DNA of 20,573 nucleotides from a bacterium (GTDB lineage Bacteria; Hydrothermota; 32-111), in the NCBI GenBank assembly GCA_050239825.1, contig JBFXGO010000035.1:4008-24580 (forward strand). Reading direction: 5' to 3'. Below are positions 18,933 through 20,573 of this stretch, piece by piece; position 1 is the first letter of the stretch; every line of letters begins with the position of its first letter. A model generated the notes under the pieces. The model saw only the letters and a program-made list of their open reading frames with translations, searched no databases and had not been told where the DNA came from. The position numbers and the translations under genes were made by a program.

Positions 18933-19664
18933 ATGCCAGTTAAAAGAGTCAAAATCAAAAAATCTGAGATCAAGAGAGACAAGTTTGTTGATCGGATGTC
19001 ATTGGTGGCGCAGGATGTAAAGACAAACTGGAGAAAGTATTTCATAATACTCTCTGTTGTTGTGCTTGTCATAATGGGCGCAGTAATGCTGATAAACTCA
19101 AACAAGAAGCGCGGCGTTGAGGGTTTAGCTTCTCTTTCAGAAGCTACAGATGTTCTCTTTTCGGGAAATTACACAGAAGCAATAGAACTTTTAAATAATG
19201 TCAAATCAAACTACTTTGGAACGACAGCGGCAAAGAAAGCTGTCTATTTTATTGGTGTAGCTCAGTTAAATACAGGTAAGTTTGACGAAGCCGTAGTTAG
19301 CTTCAATCAGTTCATAAAGTCGAATACAGGCATAGAGGATATTAAAGCTGCCGCTTACATTGGTATAGGCAGAGCTTACGAAGGCAAGCAGAATATAGAC
19401 TCATCAATAATCGCTTATGACCTTGTGACTACAAAGTACCCGAAATCTGTTTACGCTCCAGAGGCGTATCTTTCATTAGGAAGAATGTATGAGTCAAAGT
19501 ATGAAGTGAATAAGGCGGTCGATTCCTATGAAAAGGTCATCTATCTGTATCCTGAATCTGATTATGCCGCACAGGCAGAATTTTATAAAAATATGCTTGA
19601 AGGAGCAATAGATCCATTGACGCAGATGCAGCAGGGAAAGATGCAGAGCGGAGAAGTCAAGTAA
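18933..19664 (+). CDS. Membrane-anchored tetratricopeptide repeat protein (YfgM-like architecture)
   Basis: Basic N-terminus, one TM helix (YFIILSVVVLVIMGAVMLI), TPR-like helices with YPKS/YPES turns; AAGGAG at 18922-18927. Confidence 0.82.
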   Translation: MPVKRVKIKKSEIKRDKFVDRMSLVAQDVKTNWRKYFIILSVVVLVIMGAVMLINSNKKRGVEGLASLSEATDVLFSGNYTEAIELLNNVKSNYFGTTAAKKAVYFIGVAQLNTGKFDEAVVSFNQFIKSNTGIEDIKAAAYIGIGRAYEGKQNIDSSIIAYDLVTTKYPKSVYAPEAYLSLGRMYESKYEVNKAVDSYEKVIYLYPESDYAAQAEFYKNMLEGAIDPLTQMQQGKMQSGEVK

Positions 19665-19671
19665 GGCCGGT

Positions 19672-19679
19672 GGGCAGGG
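19672..19679 (+). other. KOPS-like octamer GGGCAGGG oriented towards the dif-like site
   Basis: Exact match to GGGNAGGG, 14 nt before the dif-like site, in non-coding DNA. Confidence 0.4.
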
Positions 19680-19693
19680 TTAGTATATATTCA

Positions 19694-19721
19694 CCACCCG
19701 ATAAGGTATATTATGTAAAGA
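19694..19721 (+). other. dif-like XerC/XerD recombination site
   Basis: CCACCCGATAA-GGTATA-TTATGTAAAGA has the 11-6-11 layout with inner ATAA/TTAT dyad; compare E. coli GGTGCGCATAA-TGTATA-TTATGTTAAAT and the B. subtilis right arm TTATGTAAACT. Confidence 0.75.
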
Positions 19722-19725
19722 TGGA

Positions 19726-20091
19726 AGACCATCATTTACATAATATACTGACCCAAACAAGGGTAAATACAAAAGACCATCATTTACATAATATACTGAC
19801 AAACAAAATAGCAAAATCAAAAGACCATCATTTACATAATATACATACAATATCAAATTCAGAAACAATACATAATACACTGACAAACAAAGGGTTAAAT
19901 ACAAAAGACCATCATTTACATAATATACTCACCCAAACAAGGGTAAAATCAAAAAACAATCCTGAACATAATATACTCACCCAAACAAGGGTAAAATCAA
20001 AAAACCATCATTTACATAATATACATACAATATCAAATTCAGAAACAATACATAATATACTGACAAACAAAATAGCAAAATCAAAAAACCA
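19726..20091 (-). repeat. Array of 8 units (48/36 bp, 180-bp higher-order period), each with an inverted XerD-arm-like core
   Basis: ACATAATAYAC starts at 19738, 19786, 19834, 19870, 19918, 19966, 20014, 20050; on the minus strand it reads GTATATTATGT(AAATG). Confidence 0.9.
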
Positions 20092-20107
20092 TAAACCCGT
20101 AACTTCT

Positions 20108-20452
20108 TTTTACCAGCCCACCAGCTTACCAGCATACTGTTTTTCTTTCTTCAACTATCAACTATTAACTATAAACTCTCAACTCTTATTTTACCAGCCC
20201 ACCAACTTACCAGCATACTGTTTTTCTTTCTTCAACTATCAACTATTAACTATAAACTCTCAACTCTTATTTTACCAGCCCACTAACTTACCAGCATACT
20301 ATTTTTCTTTCTTCAACTATCAACTATTAACTATAAACTCTCAACTCTTATTTTACCAGCCCACCAGCTTACCAGCATACTGTTTTTCTTTCTTCAACTA
20401 TCAACTATTAACTATAAACTCTCAACTCTTATTTTACCAGCCCACTAACTTA
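20108..20452 (+). repeat. 81-bp tandem repeat, 4 full copies plus a 21-nt partial, with nested 8-mer and 7-mer subrepeats
   Basis: Units start at 20108, 20189, 20270, 20351, 20432; units 1 and 4 are identical, others differ at 1-3 positions. Confidence 0.97.
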
Positions 20453-20573
20453 TGATATCCTTTGCATCTCTTGCCAGCTGCTCCGACGGCAATTCCTATG
20501 TCATCTTTAAGGATCCGAAGGAGCTAATTATCATAGATGCCGGCATTTATTACAGAAAATTCAAAAACAGCCT
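20452..20573 (+). CDS. Metallo-beta-lactamase-fold hydrolase, YycJ/WalJ-like (5' part; runs off the window; absent from the ORF track)
   Basis: MISFASLASCSDGNSYVIFKDPKELIIIDAGIYYRKFKNS matches the LASGSxGN...IDAG N-terminal pattern; HxHxDH lies outside the window. Confidence 0.7.
   Translation, partial: MISFASLASCSDGNSYVIFKDPKELIIIDAGIYYRKFKNS

Noticed and set aside
19706..19748. Rho-independent terminator
   Set aside because: AT-rich stem with no following U-tract on either strand; better explained by the dif arm and its inverted copy
159..19904. All minus-strand ORFs and the nested + strand ORF 5022-5375
   Set aside because: They are shadows of well-supported genes, the tRNA or repeats, and show no recognisable motifs
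19738..20060. Plasmid iterons or DnaA-box origin
   Set aside because: No rep or dnaA gene nearby, no TTATCCACA boxes seen, and the core matches the adjacent dif arm instead
19726..20091. CRISPR array
   Set aside because: Intervening sequences are short, related to each other and reused rather than unique; the period (36-48 bp) is too short; no cas genes in the window
20108..20452. CRISPR array
   Set aside because: Head-to-tail near-identical units with no spacers

Overview
Bacterial chromosomal housekeeping region, with all credible genes on the + strand. A near-consensus sigma70-type promoter (52-80) precedes a tightly packed run of about 19.5 kb: lat, proS, a short rimP, nusA, infB, rbfA, DHH phosphoesterase, UDP-sugar 2-epimerase, purH, patatin, radical SAM, purL, purQ, PMM/PGM, an unannotated 32-aa ORF, acylphosphatase, apt, tRNA-Arg(CCT) and a membrane-anchored TPR protein. 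The last ~900 bp are unusual. A KOPS-like octamer (19672-19679) is followed by a complete 28-bp dif-like XerC/XerD site (19694-19721). Next come eight regularly spaced, inverted copies of only the XerD-side half of that site (19733-20060), and then an 81-bp nested tandem repeat (20108-20452) that runs into the start of a metallo-beta-lactamase-fold gene. The dif site plus XerD half-site array is the best candidate for an undescribed system. All calls come from reading the sequence by eye; no searches were run.
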